Positions 33,097-43,497 of a stretch of 64,000 bases of DNA are shown in pieces. The notes beneath the pieces are model-generated. The model searched no databases, was not told the DNA's origin, and saw only the letters and a list, made by a program, of their open reading frames with translations. Each line of letters starts with the position of its first letter. Position 1 is the first letter of the stretch. Made by a program: the position numbers and the translations under genes. Origin of the DNA: a bacterium (lineage in GTDB: Bacteria > Armatimonadota > UBA5829); assembly GCA_021372295.1 (NCBI GenBank), contig JAJFUS010000011.1, forward strand, positions 19,442 through 83,441, read 5' to 3'.

Positions 33097-34440
33097 GTGC
33101 GCAAGGGAGTCTGTGCGCTATTGATGGCGCTTGTTATGAGTTCGATGGGTGGCATTGTATTTGCGCAAGAGGTGCAGAATTGCGATGCAATAATGCCTAG
33201 TGCGACCAATGGTGTAATGTTATATGACATTCCGCAAATTACTGCCGATACGGAGATCTTCAGGCGAACTCCGATGATTGATGGCGTTATTGAAGATGGA
33301 GAATGGGATACTTACTATACTTTTGAGACTGGCGGATGGTCTGCGACCACATTTGCGGACTGGGATACACAGAATGTTTATGTGGCGGCTAAATCGAACC
33401 GACCTTTGGATTTCTTGACAGTGTTGGATTGCTGTGATGATGGGTGGTTCCATGGTGAAGACAACTATGAGTTTCGCGCAACGCGGGTTTCTGACGGAGC
33501 GTTGAGCTTGTCTGTGAGTCGATATGAGTCCATGAATACTAAAGCTCCTGTGGCAACGCCGGTTTCGCCTCAAGAAATGGCGAGCGTGGAGTTGCGAAGC
33601 GCCAAAGTGGAGGGCGTTTACATGATCGAAATGCGTATTCCTGTGGCGCTTATTCCCGGATTCAAACTGGCTAATGGAAAAAAGATAGGTTTTCAGGTTG
33701 CTCTTAATGCTTCTGGTGGCGATTCTGGTTGGGTTCCAAATAATGAACTTGGCGACACCAAGCAGTGCATTGTGGTAACGAAAAAATTTGCGACACTTAA
33801 GCCGCTGGAATTGGGATTCGATTTGAGGGATACTGTTGTAGCGAAAGGCGATGAGCTAATTGGTAAGTTTCATCTGAAGAATGGCGGCGGCGAAAAGATG
33901 GATGTTGAGAGTTTTGTAATTGCAGGTGAGGGTTTGGCAGGTGAGCACTTAAGCAGCGCCAAGGTTCGGATGGATGGTTTAACGGCAGGGCAGCACGTTA
34001 GTGGGGATTATAGATCTTTGGTGTTGTCGGGTATGCGCGTTGGAAGTTGGGCTTTGGGTGCGGAGGTGAAATCCGCAAATAGCCGGCTTGGTAGCGCGTT
34101 GGTTAGTTTTGATGTGGTCGAACCGTTTGAAATTAAACTGCGGCTTCCTGATAGGGATGTGCGTGCGGATGCGAAGGACGTTACGGTGGGAGTCGTTATT
34201 TCGAATTATAGGCGCAGCAATATTGATGGTGTGGCAAAAGTAATATTTCCGACTGGTTGGGAGCTGTGGCGAGGTTTAGATCAACGCGATTTTCAGATAT
34301 CAGGAAAAAGCAATACAGCTGTATCGTTCAAAGCCAAGCCACCTCTTGGGGCGATAGGGGATATTCCGGTTCGAATTGATGTGATTTGTGGTAATGAGAC
34401 AAAGACTGTTGAGGGGAAGTTCAGGGTTGTAAATCCGTAA
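33097..34440 (+). CDS. secreted protein with a CBM9/DOMON-like N-terminal domain and Ig-like domains
   Basis: GTG follows AGGAGGAGAATT. Signal peptide. IDGVIEDGEWDTYYTF...WDTQNVYVAAKS resembles CBM9/EB_dh-type beta-sandwich domains. The family call is tentative. Confidence 0.65.
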   Translation: MRKGVCALLMALVMSSMGGIVFAQEVQNCDAIMPSATNGVMLYDIPQITADTEIFRRTPMIDGVIEDGEWDTYYTFETGGWSATTFADWDTQNVYVAAKSNRPLDFLTVLDCCDDGWFHGEDNYEFRATRVSDGALSLSVSRYESMNTKAPVATPVSPQEMASVELRSAKVEGVYMIEMRIPVALIPGFKLANGKKIGFQVALNASGGDSGWVPNNELGDTKQCIVVTKKFATLKPLELGFDLRDTVVAKGDELIGKFHLKNGGGEKMDVESFVIAGEGLAGEHLSSAKVRMDGLTAGQHVSGDYRSLVLSGMRVGSWALGAEVKSANSRLGSALVSFDVVEPFEIKLRLPDRDVRADAKDVTVGVVISNYRRSNIDGVAKVIFPTGWELWRGLDQRDFQISGKSNTAVSFKAKPPLGAIGDIPVRIDVICGNETKTVEGKFRVVNP

Positions 34441-34448
34441 TTTGGGAA

Positions 34449-34492
34449 CATAGTTTTCGTGCGGAGCTTTTACTCTCCGCACGAAAACTATG
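34449..34492. terminator. bidirectional terminator hairpin between convergent genes
   Basis: Perfect 18-bp inverted repeat CATAGTTTTCGTGCGGAG / CTCCGCACGAAAACTATG with an 8-nt loop. Confidence 0.6.
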
Positions 34493-34503
34493 TATATGGG
34501 GAA

Positions 34504-35376
34504 TCAGACACCACAGATTAGCATTAAGATACGCTCAAGGTCATCGTCTGTGTAGAACTCGATTTCCAGGCGGCCTCGATCTTTGTTCCTTACGAAATTG
34601 ACCTTCGTGCCAAAAATCTCTCGCAGGCGGGCTTCGATCTCAAGAGCATTTGGGTCTTTTGCAGAGATAGATGTTTCACGTGAAACATTTGCTCTGATGC
34701 TTCTTGATGAGCGAGTTTTAGTCCACTCACGGGCAAGGCGTTCAGCCTCTCGAACCGACAAACCCGATTCAACGATTTGCCTTGCGCAAGTTATCTGATC
34801 ATCTTCCCCATCGACGGACAAAATTGCTCGTGCATGGCCTTCGCTGATCCTGCCGCCTTTGAGATGACTGCACACCTCAGGAGGTAGATTTAGCAGGCGC
34901 ATAGTGTTAGCGACCGTTGATCGGCTCTTTCCTACGCCAAAAGCAATATCTTCTTGCGACAGGCCGAACTCATCGCACAGCCTCTTGTAAGCAATTGCCG
35001 CGTCAATGGCGCTAATATCCTCGCGCTGAATATTTTCAATGAGAGCAACCTCAAGGCTTTGCTCATTGGTCAGCTCCCTAACAATAGCTGGAATGCGCAC
35101 CAGACCCGCCGCAGTTGCAGCGCGAAGACGACGCTCACCAGCGACAAGCTCGTATTCGCCGTCGCCCTTGGATCTAACAACAATCGGCTGCAATACACCG
35201 TGAACTCTGACTGAGTTTACGAGGTCTTGGAACTTCTCGTCGTTCATGGCCTCTCTGGGCTGATATGGATTAAAACTGATCCGTCCAACTTCAATATCCG
35301 TGCCGGATTGTCGATCTTCTCTGTCTGCGCCTGGTATCAGCGCACCAAGACCTTTACCGAGACTCTTTCTCTCCAA
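34504..35376 (-). CDS. parB: chromosome partitioning protein ParB
   Basis: KGLGALIP, ISFNPYQPRE, LVAGERRLRAA and an HTH region. Contains a perfect parS. Confidence 0.95.
   Translation of the reverse strand: MERKSLGKGLGALIPGADREDRQSGTDIEVGRISFNPYQPREAMNDEKFQDLVNSVRVHGVLQPIVVRSKGDGEYELVAGERRLRAATAAGLVRIPAIVRELTNEQSLEVALIENIQREDISAIDAAIAYKRLCDEFGLSQEDIAFGVGKSRSTVANTMRLLNLPPEVCSHLKGGRISEGHARAILSVDGEDDQITCARQIVESGLSVREAERLAREWTKTRSSRSIRANVSRETSISAKDPNALEIEARLREIFGTKVNFVRNKDRGRLEIEFYTDDDLERILMLICGV
34672..34687. other. parS centromere-like site
   Basis: TGTTTCACGTGAAACA is a perfect match to the 16-bp parS consensus. It lies inside the 3' part of parB. Confidence 0.9.
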
Positions 35377-36130
35377 AATCTATTACCTCCGCAGCAAACT
35401 TGGTATAGGCCTCAGCGCCTCTCGACTTTGCATCATAACTGATAATCGGTTTTCCGTGGCTGGGGGCCTCACTCAGCCTGACGTTTCTCGGAACAACCAC
35501 CGATGATACCTTGTCCCCAAAGAATCGCTTGACTTCGTCCACCACCTGCATGGACAAATTAGTGCGATAATCAAACATGGTCAACAGTACCTTTGCGATG
35601 TCTAGGTGCGGGTTAAGATGCTGTCGAACCAATTCAACGGTTCTCAGAAGCTGGCTGATGCCTTCCAATGCGTAATACTCACACTGAATCGGAAGCACTA
35701 CATGCCCTGCAGCAGCTAATACGTTGACAGTAAGCAGGCCCAATGATGGGGGGCAATCAATGATGATGAAGTCGTAATCATCATGAACCTTAGCCAAAGC
35801 CTGTTTCAATTTTGTCTCACGAGACATCGTAGACATCAACTCGATGTCTGCACCCGCCAGATCGAGACGAGCCGGAACGAGGTCTAGCCCCGGCGTATTC
35901 GTATGAACGATCACTTGCTCCACCGGTGCATCATTGATCAATATATCATATATGCACTGGTCCAATTCGGACTTAATTACCCCGACCCCGCTGGTAGCGT
36001 TTCCCTGTGGATCCGTGTCCACAAGCAAAACGCGTTTGCCGGCGACGCCAAGACATGCAGCAAGATTAACTGCCGTGGTAGTCTTGCCGACGCCGCCCTT
36101 CTGGTTTACAACTGCTAGAATCTTTACCAT
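35354..36130 (-). CDS. parA: chromosome partitioning ATPase ParA/Soj
   Basis: Deviant Walker A KGGVGKTTTAVNLAA. Overlaps parB by 23 nt. Confidence 0.95.
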   Translation of the reverse strand: MVKILAVVNQKGGVGKTTTAVNLAACLGVAGKRVLLVDTDPQGNATSGVGVIKSELDQCIYDILINDAPVEQVIVHTNTPGLDLVPARLDLAGADIELMSTMSRETKLKQALAKVHDDYDFIIIDCPPSLGLLTVNVLAAAGHVVLPIQCEYYALEGISQLLRTVELVRQHLNPHLDIAKVLLTMFDYRTNLSMQVVDEVKRFFGDKVSSVVVPRNVRLSEAPSHGKPIISYDAKSRGAEAYTKFAAEVIDFGEKESR

Positions 36131-36197
36131 TATTTCCGCCTATCGTGTATTATCGCATGATTTCGCCAAAGGCTTTCAGAACTCCTCCGAACAGACG

Positions 36198-36232
36198 ACA
36201 AAAAACAGGGTTGCGCCTACCACGCAACCCTG
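36198..36232 (-). terminator. intrinsic terminator after flgM
   Basis: Minus strand: CAGGGTTGCG-TGGTAGG-CGCAACCCTG followed by TTTTTTG. Confidence 0.75.
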
Positions 36233-36246
36233 ATACGATCGCTTAT

Positions 36247-36549
36247 CTACCTGATGCGATCAGCTTCCAACCGCCTTAGCATCATATCTGCAACATCTTT
36301 TCCGTTAACCTTATAACTGCCTTCGTCGATGCGGCGCTTCAGATCGTTGACGATGTCTTCCCTGGTATCAGGGACATCCGCCAAAGCCTCTTCCGCAACC
36401 ACCATTCCCTGCTCCAATGGCGAAAGATGGCGCTCACTGCGTTTTTTAGATGACACAAGCCCTTTCGGCCTGTCTGCTGGCAGAATGTGAGCATCAGACT
36501 CGCTGCCCCTTACCATTGCCCTGTCCGATTCCACCCGAGAGATTTTCAT
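36247..36549 (-). CDS. flgM: anti-sigma-28 factor FlgM-like protein
   Basis: The C-terminus REDIVNDLKRRIDEGSYKVNGKDVADMMLRRL matches the FlgM pattern. ATG 36549 lies 7 nt after GGGGG. An intrinsic terminator lies downstream. Confidence 0.65.
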   Translation of the reverse strand: MKISRVESDRAMVRGSESDAHILPADRPKGLVSSKKRSERHLSPLEQGMVVAEEALADVPDTREDIVNDLKRRIDEGSYKVNGKDVADMMLRRLEADRIR

Positions 36550-36785
36550 CACCATACCCCCTGTAAATGACTTCACGGGTAACTCAGACACAAAAAAGCA
36601 AACCCGCGAAGCTGGAAACGGCAGCCCGGCCAACCTGTTCCGAAAACGGAATGTAGTCCCGAAGGCTTTGCGTCCCCCTCTTTCGAAGAGTTTGCCTTTA
36701 TCATCTATATTGAACTCTATTTTGATTATCGGACACAAACAAAGGGTTCTTTAGACTCTCTCAAGAAAAATCTTAAGATATTTTT

Positions 36786-37427
36786 CTACCCCGCCTCAAT
36801 ACCCGAGATGCATCGAGGCTTTTCCAGTGATTCCAGCTTCGCTACGACGTCCATGTCGTATTTATCTCCCTCATCAATCTTCAGAATTTCCACAGCCTGC
36901 TCCGGATGGAACGCCTTTCTGAATGCACGATCCTCCGTTAATGCAATATAAGCGTCAGCCACTGAGACAATCCTGACCAATTGTGACAACTGCGAACCTC
37001 GAAGCCCAAGCGGATAACCCGTGCCGTCCAGACGTTCGTGGTGACACATAACGCAGTCCTCAACTTCTGGATTGGACGCAAACGCCCGCCCGGCTATCTC
37101 AGCTCCAAGCGCCGGATGTCTTCGCAACGTATCCCATTCTTTTGGCGAAAGCGACTCGCGTTTGTCAAGAATGTCTGAAGGGATACAGAGTTTTCCTATA
37201 TCATGAATCTCGGCGGCAATTGCAAGGGTAGTGAGTTTTTCGCCATCGAGGCCGAAAGCCTGGCCCAGCGATGTGGCACATATCCTGACACGAACACCGT
37301 GGCATGCTGTCGGCATGTGAGCGGCAGCAATAGCGGACTTCAACTGATGATATGACAATTCCCGACTTCTCTGCTGCACTTCGGCGTGCGGAACGACTTG
37401 GCCGTCCTTGGCACATAATACTTCCAT
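36786..37427 (-). CDS. HD-GYP domain phosphohydrolase
   Basis: HDIGKLCIPSDILDK ... HHERLDGTGYPLGL. Confidence 0.85.
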   Translation of the reverse strand: MEVLCAKDGQVVPHAEVQQRSRELSYHQLKSAIAAAHMPTACHGVRVRICATSLGQAFGLDGEKLTTLAIAAEIHDIGKLCIPSDILDKRESLSPKEWDTLRRHPALGAEIAGRAFASNPEVEDCVMCHHERLDGTGYPLGLRGSQLSQLVRIVSVADAYIALTEDRAFRKAFHPEQAVEILKIDEGDKYDMDVVAKLESLEKPRCISGIEAG

Positions 37428-37574
37428 GTAATTCTCCTAACTCCTAAAACACTGCGTATTGCGGATCTATAATAGCTCAGCCATTAATCCGCTGTTTCGA
37501 TATTTGCATTGTAGCAGTGTGAAATCAATTCGGAAACTGGCAATAATGCCCATTTTCAGCATGGGTCAAAAGTA

Positions 37575-38396
37575 TCATCTCTGACCCATCCAGATCGCCA
37601 CCGCACCCGATCTACTGCGCACATCCAGCTTCGACAAGATGCTCTCAACGTGCCGTTTACATGTGGATATGCTGAAAAACAATCTCTCGGCGATCTCTCT
37701 GTTGGTCAAACCCTCCGACATCGCTTGTAGAACCTCCACCTCTCTGGCGGTCAGTTTTGCGATGGGATCACCAGAGTCCCGAATTTCTCGATCCGATAGG
37801 CAAGTTTGACGCCGGGAATTTATTTGATACCATGACCAGTCGAGATTATTTGTGCCACGCAGTAGCTCCAGACCCAGCGTAACCCCAGATAATACAATGT
37901 CAAGAAAAGTGGAATCCTCAGAAATATGAGCCACGCCCACGCAAGCGGTGAGCGTCGATTGACTAATGATCGGCCGAAAAACGCAGCGCACGCACTCGCC
38001 AAAAAGACTCAATTGCCGTATAGGAAAAGTCTCAGCGCTGGAACGAGGCTGTGACTCAATTGTCTCATAGAGACTGGACGTGTGGGGCACAATATCAGGA
38101 AGACATCTGCAGCCATCACCGACTCTGGCCACAGTCCGCAGCGCAGCGCCGTCTACAGTAACTATATACAGCGCGCATTCCTGCGCAGCGCATGGCTCTC
38201 TGAGTGCCGCAAACAACTTGGAAACAAGAACCTCCGCATCGGTAGAGTCGAACATCGCTACAAGCACGCGATTCATCGCAATCAACTCAGTTTGGGAAAG
38301 CGCGTGCATGTCGATGCCGGAGCCGACAGACATATCAGGTTCCCGCACCGGAGCCGAAGCTCCACGATCACAAATCAGCATTGATTCACACTCCAC
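37575..38396 (-). CDS. LuxR-family transcriptional regulator with an N-terminal GAF-like sensor region
   Basis: C-terminal HTH LTAREVEVLQAMSEGLTNREIAERLFFSISTCKRHVESILSKL. Confidence 0.85.
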   Translation of the reverse strand: MECESMLICDRGASAPVREPDMSVGSGIDMHALSQTELIAMNRVLVAMFDSTDAEVLVSKLFAALREPCAAQECALYIVTVDGAALRTVARVGDGCRCLPDIVPHTSSLYETIESQPRSSAETFPIRQLSLFGECVRCVFRPIISQSTLTACVGVAHISEDSTFLDIVLSGVTLGLELLRGTNNLDWSWYQINSRRQTCLSDREIRDSGDPIAKLTAREVEVLQAMSEGLTNREIAERLFFSISTCKRHVESILSKLDVRSRSGAVAIWMGQR

Positions 38397-38883
38397 AATA
38401 TAGCATTACATTTACGGCTGCGTTGCTGCATGCCGCAACATGATTTGTCCAACATAGCACAGGTTGAACTCAGCGTCAAGAGTTATTTCGCACAGCAAAC
38501 AAACTCCAATCAACATCGCCAATATTCAGAGACTGCAACCCAAAGAATTCTCGAATTGTTCATGTTTTAACGGGCGTGCGGCGGAGTAACCATTCGGGAA
38601 AATCTGGTAACGAGATCAACAACGATTGCGCCTGACATACACACAGTTATTGCGACGTCACATGCTATCACCCTTTTGTGTATTGTTACACCATATTGTA
38701 GCGTCTTGTGCCTGTCTGCTGTCACATTTGGTCGCAAGAAACGTCATCAACTAGTACTTTTGAAGCTCTCCGGCATACAGATGTTGTTGACTTGTTGACA
38801 GCGCAACTATATCCTGTCACTAACTGGCTTGACAATATTAAGCTATGGACAGCGATTTTTGCCATATTAGGAGGGCTTCTTAC

Positions 38884-41800
38884 TTGAACAAGCTGATTGT
38901 TATGCTGTTCGCACTTGCCATCTGCGCGTCTGCGGCATTTGGAGGTACTGTATCAGTCACAGCGCCTGAATGCTCGGCGACCTTCCAAGAATCCGACACA
39001 GGTACGCAGATACTTGCGCCGGACTTCTTCGTGTGTTCTTCGTCCGGAAACCCAGCACTTCCAGTCAAGGAACTGCACGTGATCCTTCCGCCGGATGCCG
39101 ATCCTTCATCAGTGTCGGTATCGCTGGAAGAAGCCACGTCGCAGATTCTTGACGGCAATTATGACATCGCTCCCGCTCCGCCGATTGTCACGGTCGTCGA
39201 TGGTAATGAGATTACCGAATGGGGATCGGGCAAAGAAATCGTAGATGGGCGCAATACGTTGGTCTACGAAAACGACAGTTTCTACCCATCAGCGCACGTG
39301 GAACTGGCCGATCAGGGAAATATGCGCGAGTACAAACTGGCTAGGCTTCGATATTATCCATACACATATAATCCGGTCACAGGACGGCTTGAGGAGATAA
39401 CCAGAGGCGAAATAGTTGTCTCCTATGATCTGCTGAAGTCGAGCGCATCCGTCAATCAAATTGCTAATGATCCTTTCGCCGCGGCGCGACTTGCAGACCT
39501 TGCCGAAAACTATGACGAAGCGCAGTCGTGGTACTCTTCGGAAACCGGTATTTCAAGCCTCTCGAATGAAGAGTCCGCTACGACCAACTACGTTATAATC
39601 ACAACTTCCGCAATAGCTTCCGCCAGCACAAAACTGCAGGCGTTTGTGAACCATAAGACCAACCGCGGATACAGCGTCGCGGTGGTGACCGAGAGCACGT
39701 GGGGCGGCGGAACCGGCGATGCCGCCGCTGAAAAAATCCGCGCGTATCTCAAGGCCAACTATCTTACAAAAGGGATTCACTACGTTCTTCTGATTGGCAA
39801 CCCCAATCCGAGCACAGGCACTGTTCCGATGAAAATGCTATGGCCCAGGTACAGCAGCAGCACTTATCGGGAAGCGCCTTCCGACTACTATTTCGCCGAT
39901 CTCACTGGAGACTGGGATCTGGACAACGATGGCTACTACGGTGAGGCCTCACAGGATTTCGGAACGGGTGGGGTGGATCGACTTCCCGACGTCATAGTAG
40001 GCCGAATACCTTACTACGGAACCATTACAGAGCTCGATTCGATCCTTCAAAAAGTAATCGATTACGAATCTGGAACATATGGCGGCACATGGGTCAAAAA
40101 CACGCTGCTGAGCATGAAACCTTCTGATGCCAGCACCCCGGGCTATAATCTCGGCGAGGCGATTCGTGAAGATATAATAGAGCCGGCGGATCTTGAGACC
40201 ACTCGTGTCTATGACGATGACTACGGTCTCAGCCCGGCGCCCGATTATACGTCATGCACCTATGCAAACGTCCTTGCCGCGTGGCAGCAGAAGGCGGGGT
40301 TCCATTTTTGGTGGACACACGGCAGCGCAACTGCCGCCTCAGAGGTAATGACCACTTCCTCGGCGGCGTTACTCAAAGACAATTACCCGTCGTTCGTGTT
40401 CCAGTGCTCATGCCTCAATGGGTATCCTGAACAATCCACCAATCTCGGATACGCTCTTCTGAAAAACGGCGCAATCGCGACCGACTGCGCGACCAGAGTG
40501 TCGTGGTATTATCCGGCCGAAGTCGATTTCACCAAGACGGACTCGAATGCGTCCATGACTTACAGTTATGCATCGAAGTTGATCACCGAAGGCCTGGCTT
40601 GCGGTGACGCCCACTATGCGATGATGGTCAAGGTTCCAAACGACATCTGGATGAATCACTGCGTGTTCAATCTTTACGGCGATCCGTCTGTGGCGTGCGC
40701 TACGGGCCCTACAATTACCCACACGCCTCTTACGGATACGGACGTGACCTCGGCGCCATATCAAGTTAATGCGACCATAGAAGCGCGCAATACGCTGGCA
40801 TCGGGTATGCCGGTCGTTAAGTGGAATACCACGGGCGGTTCCACATTTACTACAGTGCAGATGACTAAGACAGGCACCCTGACTTATACTGCGAGCATTC
40901 CCGCACAGTCAAACGGCACGACGGTTTACTATTACATCCAGGCCATCGACATTACCGGCCAGCAGGCTCTAAGCCCGTCGCTGGCACCCGCGCAACCTTA
41001 CTCGTTCAAAGTTCGAGCCGACTCAGAGTCACCAGTCATCGAGCACATCGGGCTGGACAATACAGGTGACACTGTCGGCCCATATACTGTCAGCGCGACA
41101 GTCACCGACAACACCGGGGTAGGCAGCGTCATTCTCCATTACCACAAGAATACCGGCTCGGATGTCGCACTGACTATGACATCCGCAGGGTCCGGCGTCT
41201 ACACAGCCAGTATACCCGGCGGAACTACTGCTGGCGATACCATCAGCTATTACATTACCGCCATCGATACGTCGCTGTCGAAGAACACAGGGCGCAGCCC
41301 GAGTTCGACCGGCTATTACTCATTTACGATATCGACCAAGAAGACTGTCGCGATCTACAACAGCAGCACGACGCCTTCTTATTTTAACGGCACCAACAGT
41401 AACGTCTATGCAGGGATTAGAGACATTTTGAATGCCGATCCCGCGCAGAGATTCAGTGTGTCGGTGAAGACCAGCCTTACCACATCCGATCTTCAGGGAC
41501 AGGATACCCTCATTCTTCCCGACAACGGCCCCCTCACGTCCGACATGCAGGCCGTTTACGACTGGTTCCAGACCGGCAAGACAATCGTGCTCTATGACAC
41601 TTCGGTATGCTATGGCACATATACCGGCCTGCTGTGGCCGGCAAGCGCGGGCTCGAACGGTTACGCCACGTATTGGGACTACAATGCGGGCGTTGACGAT
41701 CAGTTGATCGTCCTCGCGGACTCTATCACATCAGGCTACAGCGTCGGGGACGTGATACAGTCCAGAGGATATCACGCTCAGTTCTTCGTGGACAAGCTTC

Positions 41801-42903
41801 CGACGGACGCCGTGGTACTCTCCGTGCGAAAGGCCAACACGAACCGAGCCTACGCGGTATATCGAGACGTTCCCGGACATGGAAGAATCGTAGCGCTGGG
41901 ACCGTATATTCCGATAGAGACAACCCACTATTCGATGATTCGCGAGTCGGCAATGGGCCCGACTACGACCAAAACGATTACTATTACTTCGCCTAACGGA
42001 GGCGAGATATACGAAGTCGGCGGTACGGTGACCATCGCGTATAAGACATCGGGCGGCTGGCTGAGTTCCGACAAGGTCAAGCTGGAATATGCCACCGGCC
42101 TGGATACAACATGGCGCACAATCAGCGGCGCGGAATCGCTCGTCTATAGCGCTGGTTCGTATGCCTGGAACACAACAGGTCTACCGGGCAGCAAGACTTA
42201 CAAAGTCCGCGCGACACTTGCGGGTGGATCGGTCAGTGATACGAGCGACGCCACATTCACAATAGTGCGAACTACAAGCGTCGTCAAGGCCAAGTCGATC
42301 AGTGATGGCGAGACAGTTAAAATCACCTCAGCGATTGTGACGTGTGCCGCGGGTTCCTATACTTACATTGAAGACCTCAACCGGCTGGCCGGAATCCGAA
42401 TGACATCCGATCAGACCTGCACGGTTCCGTCGCTGGTGACTGTGGTCGGAACTATGAGCACAGTTAATGGTGAACGGACTCTCGCCGCGGATTCGATCTC
42501 AGCGTCCGGAGTTGCATCTCCGGTGGGCCCATTCGCGATGAAGACGGCCTCGCTGGGCGGAAGCGAGTTGGCAGGACAGCAGGGCGTGGTGGAATACATT
42601 TCCCAAGACGCGACAACGGTTGTCAAGTCCGTGGCAGGTCTAAACAACATCGGGCTTCTGGTGAGAGTGACAGGCAAAGTGACCAGCGTCGGAACTGATT
42701 ACTTTTACATAGATGACGGCTGCGCATGCAACGACGGATCGGGCAACATCGGCGTCAAAGTCTTAAGCGGCACACTGACCAAGCCTACTGCCGGTGCTTA
42801 TGTGGCTCTGACCGGTGTCAGCTCGATCTACAGCAGCGGCGGTAACCTGTTGAGGGCGATTGTCCTGCCGGATCAGGACAGTCTGCAGATCTTGAAGAAG
42901 TAG
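38884..42903 (+). CDS. large secreted C25 (gingipain-like) cysteine peptidase with multiple Ig/FN3-like domains
   Basis: TTG 38884 lies 8 nt after AGGAGGG. Signal peptide LNKLIVMLFALAICASAAFG. C25 core: NYVIITTSAIAS..., HYVLLIGN, DYYFADLTGDWDLDNDGYYGE, catalytic-type WWTHGS and FVFQCSCLNGYP. About 700 aa of beta-sandwich repeats follow. Confidence 0.85.
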   Translation: MNKLIVMLFALAICASAAFGGTVSVTAPECSATFQESDTGTQILAPDFFVCSSSGNPALPVKELHVILPPDADPSSVSVSLEEATSQILDGNYDIAPAPPIVTVVDGNEITEWGSGKEIVDGRNTLVYENDSFYPSAHVELADQGNMREYKLARLRYYPYTYNPVTGRLEEITRGEIVVSYDLLKSSASVNQIANDPFAAARLADLAENYDEAQSWYSSETGISSLSNEESATTNYVIITTSAIASASTKLQAFVNHKTNRGYSVAVVTESTWGGGTGDAAAEKIRAYLKANYLTKGIHYVLLIGNPNPSTGTVPMKMLWPRYSSSTYREAPSDYYFADLTGDWDLDNDGYYGEASQDFGTGGVDRLPDVIVGRIPYYGTITELDSILQKVIDYESGTYGGTWVKNTLLSMKPSDASTPGYNLGEAIREDIIEPADLETTRVYDDDYGLSPAPDYTSCTYANVLAAWQQKAGFHFWWTHGSATAASEVMTTSSAALLKDNYPSFVFQCSCLNGYPEQSTNLGYALLKNGAIATDCATRVSWYYPAEVDFTKTDSNASMTYSYASKLITEGLACGDAHYAMMVKVPNDIWMNHCVFNLYGDPSVACATGPTITHTPLTDTDVTSAPYQVNATIEARNTLASGMPVVKWNTTGGSTFTTVQMTKTGTLTYTASIPAQSNGTTVYYYIQAIDITGQQALSPSLAPAQPYSFKVRADSESPVIEHIGLDNTGDTVGPYTVSATVTDNTGVGSVILHYHKNTGSDVALTMTSAGSGVYTASIPGGTTAGDTISYYITAIDTSLSKNTGRSPSSTGYYSFTISTKKTVAIYNSSTTPSYFNGTNSNVYAGIRDILNADPAQRFSVSVKTSLTTSDLQGQDTLILPDNGPLTSDMQAVYDWFQTGKTIVLYDTSVCYGTYTGLLWPASAGSNGYATYWDYNAGVDDQLIVLADSITSGYSVGDVIQSRGYHAQFFVDKLPTDAVVLSVRKANTNRAYAVYRDVPGHGRIVALGPYIPIETTHYSMIRESAMGPTTTKTITITSPNGGEIYEVGGTVTIAYKTSGGWLSSDKVKLEYATGLDTTWRTISGAESLVYSAGSYAWNTTGLPGSKTYKVRATLAGGSVSDTSDATFTIVRTTSVVKAKSISDGETVKITSAIVTCAAGSYTYIEDLNRLAGIRMTSDQTCTVPSLVTVVGTMSTVNGERTLAADSISASGVASPVGPFAMKTASLGGSELAGQQGVVEYISQDATTVVKSVAGLNNIGLLVRVTGKVTSVGTDYFYIDDGCACNDGSGNIGVKVLSGTLTKPTAGAYVALTGVSSIYSSGGNLLRAIVLPDQDSLQILKK

Positions 42904-42917
42904 GTACAAACAAACAT

Positions 42918-42944
42918 GCCCCCGAGAACTTGCTTCTCGGGGGC
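42918..42944. terminator. hairpin between convergent genes
   Basis: GCCCCCGAGAA-CTTGC-TTCTCGGGGGC. The minus-strand side is followed by ATGTTTGTTTGT. Confidence 0.55.
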
Positions 42945-42949
42945 AAAAT

Positions 42950-43270
42950 TCAATCGGATTCCTGGAATAACGTGGCGAAGCGATCTGCGTACTGAGATTC
43001 TATAGACGAAAACGCGAGATACAGCGACAGCGACCACAGCGCCACTATCGCTTCGTCCGAAGGCATCTCCAGAATCTGAGCGAAGAAGTCGCGTATGACT
43101 TCTTCATAGGTGTTGCACGGCTCATCGAGCACGATGCGGTTCGAGAAATTCTCAGGCAGCAGGTCGGTTTCCATCCGGTCCATAAATTCCCGAACGTTGG
43201 CCGGTGTCGCGTGCTTAAGCCCGCTGCCGAACTCCGAGCGCACGAGTTTTCTGAATTCGTCCAGTTTCAA
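42950..43270 (-). CDS. hypothetical protein
   Basis: 106-aa ORF. TTG start 8 nt after GGAG. A hairpin follows the stop directly. No family recognised. Confidence 0.45.
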   Translation of the reverse strand: MKLDEFRKLVRSEFGSGLKHATPANVREFMDRMETDLLPENFSNRIVLDEPCNTYEEVIRDFFAQILEMPSDEAIVALWSLSLYLAFSSIESQYADRFATLFQESD

Positions 43271-43497
43271 GTCGACCGCTCCATGCAGACTATCCTACCA
43301 TGAAGTAATTTAGCCGCAAGATTGCTATATGTCAATGGGTAGAAGAGTGGCATTTCAAGATTGCAGATTACGATCTTTCTAAAAAACCTGAATAGCACGC
43401 AGGGAACACGCGTATGGCGGGTGTAATATCTATTAATGCCTCTGAGTAAGGTGGCAGAAATTATAGTGTTCTTAAGATTACAAGGAGGACTACAAAA

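Noticed and set aside
38788-38845. Several TTGACA/TTGACT hexamers upstream of the C25 protease gene, as promoters
   Set aside because: I could not pair any of them with a convincing -10 hexamer at 16-18-nt spacing, so no promoter is reported.
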